Of a stretch of DNA of 64,000 nucleotides, positions 60,021 through 64,000 are shown in pieces. The notes beneath the pieces were generated by a model that was not told the DNA's origin, did not search any database, and saw only the letters and a program-made list of their open reading frames with translations. A program made the translations under genes and the position numbers. Numbering within the stretch: the stretch's first letter is position 1; each line of letters starts with the position of its first letter. The stretch is from the NCBI RefSeq assembly GCF_009914755.1, contig NC_060926.1; one strand, 5' to 3'. The stretch is from the human T2T-CHM13v2.0 reference genome, Homo sapiens.

Positions 60021-63000
60021 ATGACATGATCAAATTCACACACAAAAATATTAACCTTAAATGTAAACAGGCTAAATGCCCCAATTAAAAGACAAAGACT
60101 GGCAAATTGGATAGAGTCAAGACCCATCAGTGTGCTGTATTCAGGAGACCCATCTGGCATGCAAAGACACACATAGGCTCAAAATAAAGGGATGGAGGAA
60201 TATTTACCAAGTAAATTGTAAGCCAAAAAAAAAAAAAAAAAAAAAAAAAGCAGGGGTTGCAATCCTAGTCTCTGATAAAACAGACTTTAAACCAACAGAG
60301 ATCAACAAAGACATAGAAGGGCATTACATAATGGTAAAGGGATCAATGCAACAAGAAGAGCTAACTATCCTAAACATATATGCACCCAATACAGGAGCAT
60401 CCAGATTCATAAAGCAAGTTCTTAGATTCCTACAAAGAGACTTAGACCCTCAAACAATAACAGTGGGAGATTTTAACACCCCACTGTCAATATTAGACAG
60501 ATCAACGAGACAGAAAATTAACAAGGATATTCAGGACTTGAACTCAGCTCTGGACCAAGCAGACCTAATAGACACCTACGTAATTCTCCACACCAAATTA
60601 ACAGAATATACAGTCTTCTCAGCACCACATCACACTTATTGTAAAATTGACCATATAATTGGAAGTAAAACACTCCTCAGCAAATGCAAAAGAATGGAAA
60701 TCATAACAAACAGTCTCTCAGAACACAGTGCAATCAAACTCAGTATTAAGAAACTTACTCAAAACCACACAACTACATGGAAATTGAACAACCTGCTCCT
60801 GAATGACTACTGGGTAAATAACAAAATTAAGGCAGAAATAAATAAGTTCTTTGAAACCAATGAGAACAAAGACACAATGTACCAGAATCTCTGGGACACA
60901 GCTAAAGCAGTGTTTACAGGGAAATGTATAGCACTAAGTGCCCACAGGAGAAAGCAGGAAAGGTCAAATATCGACACCCTAACATCACGATTAAAAGAAC
61001 TAAAGAAGCAAGAGCAAACAAATTCAAAAGCTAGCAGAAGACAACAAATAATTAAGATCAGAGCAGAACCGATGGAGACAGAGACATGAAAAACCCTTCA
61101 AAAAAATCAATGAATCCAGGAGCTGGGTTTTTTAAAAGATCAACAAAATAGATAGACTGCTAGTCAGACTAATAAAGAAGAAAAGAGAGAGGAATCAAAT
61201 AAACACAATAAAAAATGATAAAGGGGATACCACCACTGATCCAACAGAAATACAAACTACCATCAGAGAATACTATAAACACCTCTACACAAATAAACTA
61301 GAAAATCTAGAAGAAACAGATAAATTCCTGGACACATATACCCTCCCAAGACTAAACCAGGAAGAAGTCGAATCCCTGAATAGACCAATAAGAAGTTCTG
61401 AAATTGAGGCAATAATTAAGAGCCTACCAACCAAAAAAAGTCCAGGACCAGACAGATTCACAGCTGAATTCTACCAGAGGTACAAAGAGGAGCTGGTACC
61501 ATTCCTTCTGAAACTATTCCAAACAATAGAAAAAGAGGGACTCCTCCCTAACTCATTTTATGAGGCCAGCATCATCCTGATACCAAAACCTGGCAGACAC
61601 GCAACAAAAAAAGAAAATTTCAGGCCAATATCCCTGATGAAAATCGATGCAAAAATCCTCAATAAAATACTGGCAAACCGAATCCAGCAGCACATCAAAA
61701 AGCTTATCCAACACGATCAAGTTGGCTTCATCCCTGGGATGCAAGGCTGGTTCAACATATGCAAATCAATAAATGTTATCCTTCACATAAACAGAACCAA
61801 TGACAAAAACCACTTGATTATCTCAATAGATGCAGAAAAGGCTTTCAATAAAATGCAACAACTCTTCATGCTAAAAATGCTCAATAAACTGGGTATAGAT
61901 GGAACATATCTCAAAATAATAAGAGCTATTTATGACAAACCCACAGCCAATATCATACGGAATGGGCAAAAGCTGGAAGCATCCCCTTTGAAAACTGGCA
62001 CAAGAAAAGGATGCTGTCTCTCTCCACTCCTATTCAACACAGTGTTGGACGTTCTGGCCAACGCAATCAGGCAAGAGAAAGAAATAAAGCGTATTCAAAT
62101 AGGAAGAGAGGAAGTCAAATTGTTTCTGTTTGCAGATGACATGATTGTATATTTAGAAAACCCCATCATCTCAGCCCAAAATCTCTGTAAGCTGATAAGC
62201 AACTTCAGCAAAGTCTCAGGATACCAAATCAATGTGTAAAAATTACAACCATTCCCATACACCAATAATAGACAAACAGAGAGCCAAATCATGAATGAAC
62301 TCCCATTCACAATTGCTACAAAGAGAGTAAAATACCTAGGAATACAACTTACAAGGGATGTGAAGGACTTCTTCAAGGAGAACTACAAACCACTGCTCAA
62401 CAAAACAAAAGAGGACACAAACAAATGGAAAAACATTCCATGCTCATGGAGAGGAAGAATCAATATCATGAAAATGGCCATACCGCCCAAAGTAATTTAT
62501 AGATTCAATGCTATCCCCATCAAGCTACCATTGACTTTCTTCACAGAATCAGAAAAAAACTACTTTAAATTTCATATGGAACCAAAAAAGAGGCTGTATA
62601 GCCAAGACAATCCTAAGCAAAAAGAACAAACAAACTATAATAGAAGGCTACAGTAACCAAAACAGCATGGAACTGGTACCAAAACAGATATATAGACCAA
62701 TGCAACAGAACAGAGGCCTCAGAAATAATGCCACATGTCTACAACCATCTGATCTTTGACAAACCTGACAAAAACAAACAATGGGGAAAGGATTCCCTAT
62801 TTAATAAATGGTGGTGGGAAAACTGGCTAGCCATATGCAGAAAACTGAAACTGCACCCCTTCCTTACACCTTACACAAAAATTAACTCAAGATGGACTAA
62901 AGACTTAAACGGAAGATCTAAAACCATAAAAACCCTAGAAGAAAATCTAGGCAATACCATTCAGGACATAGGCATGAGCAAAGACTTCATGACTAAAACA

Positions 63001-63834
63001 CCAAAAGCAATGGCAACAGAAGCCAAAATTGACAAATGGGATCTAATTAAACTAAAAAGCTTCTGCACAGCAAAAGAAACCATCATCAGAGTGGACAGGC
63101 AATCTACAGAATGGGAGAAAATTTTTGCAATCTATCCATCTGACAAAGGGCTAATATCCAGAATCTACAAGGAACTTAAACAAATTTACAAGAAAAAAAC
63201 AAACAACCCCATCAAAAAGTGGGTGAAGGATATGAACAGACACTTCTCAAAAGAAGACATTTATGTGGCCAACAAACAGATGAAAAAAACCTCATCATCA
63301 CCGGTCATTAGAGAAATGCAAATCAAAACCACAGTGAGATACCATGTCACGCCAGTTAGAATGGTGATCATTAAAAAGTCAGGAAACAACAGATGCTGGA
63401 GAGGATGTGGAGAAATAGGAATGCTTTTACACTGTTGTTAGGAATGTAAATTAGTTCAACCATTGTGGAAGACAGTGTGGCAATTCCTCAAGGATCTAGA
63501 ACGAGAAATACCATTAGACCCAGCAATCCCATTACTAGTTATATATCCAAAGGATTATAAATCATTCTACTATAAAGACACATGCACATGTATGTTTATT
63601 GCAGCACTATTCACAATAGCAAAGACTTGGAACCAACCCGAATGCCCATCAATGATAAACTGGATAAAGAAAATGTGGCACATATATACCATGGAATACT
63701 ATGCAGCCATAAAAAAGGATGAGTTCATGTCCCTTGCAGGGACGTGGATGAAGCTGGAAACCATCATTCTCAGGAAACTAACACAGGAACAGAAAACCAA
63801 ACACCGCATGTTTTCACTCATAAGTGGGAGTTGA
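60021..63834 (+). pseudogene. L1 ORF2p (EN-RT-CCHC), disrupted
   Basis: ATG-ACA-TGA early stop; EN motifs ([21 protein letters not shown]), RT (LFADDMIVY) and CCHC ([11 protein letters not shown]) in separate frames. Confidence 0.95.
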
Positions 63835-64000
63835 ACAATGAGAACTCATGGATACAGGGAGTGGAACATCACACACCAGGGCCTGTTGGGGGTTGGGGGG
63901 AGATAGGGGAGGGATAGCATTAGGAGAAATACCTAATGTAGATGACGGGTTGATGGGTGCAGCAAACCGCCATGGCATATGTATACCTATGTAACAAACC

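Larger units (their letters stand above)
57609..64000 (+). mobile_element. Full-length L1PA7/PA8-like LINE-1 (3' tail lies beyond the window)
   Basis: 5'UTR agatggccaaataggaacagctc.. of ~1.3 kb; ORF1, ORF2 and 3'UTR collinear. Confidence 0.95.

Noticed and set aside
60130-63834. Active L1 ORF2
   Set aside because: Split over several frames with stops; not retrotransposition-competent

Overview
Human genomic DNA: a human-specific AluYb8 sits at 6975-7282. The window is AT-rich, has no CpG island and is dominated by interspersed repeats (Alu, L1, L2, MIR, HAL1, MaLR/ERVL solo LTRs, hAT and Tigger/mariner DNA-transposon fossils). I can support no intact host protein-coding gene. The ORFs with recognisable protein similarity are broken L1 ORF1/ORF2 and Tigger1 transposase fragments. 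Host-gene signals are limited to two items: candidate minus-strand 5' exons with a promoter at ~0.88-1.45 kb, and a retrocopied mRNA 3'-UTR at ~17.05-18.30 kb. The most informative observations are structural: (1) the retrocopy appears split by a ~1.4-kb inversion, shown by an inverted target-site duplication (TSD) and a ~64-bp inverted breakpoint duplication; (2) a truncated MADE1 is fused to a 110-bp copy of DNA from 1.7 kb downstream; (3) an L1 carries a short 3' transduction; (4) an Alu lacks its 3' end but keeps a tail and TSDs; (5) a full-length L1PA is nested in an older L1. I see no evidence for a new biological system. Subfamily calls and boundaries come from reading by eye against recalled consensus sequences and need RepeatMasker/Dfam confirmation.
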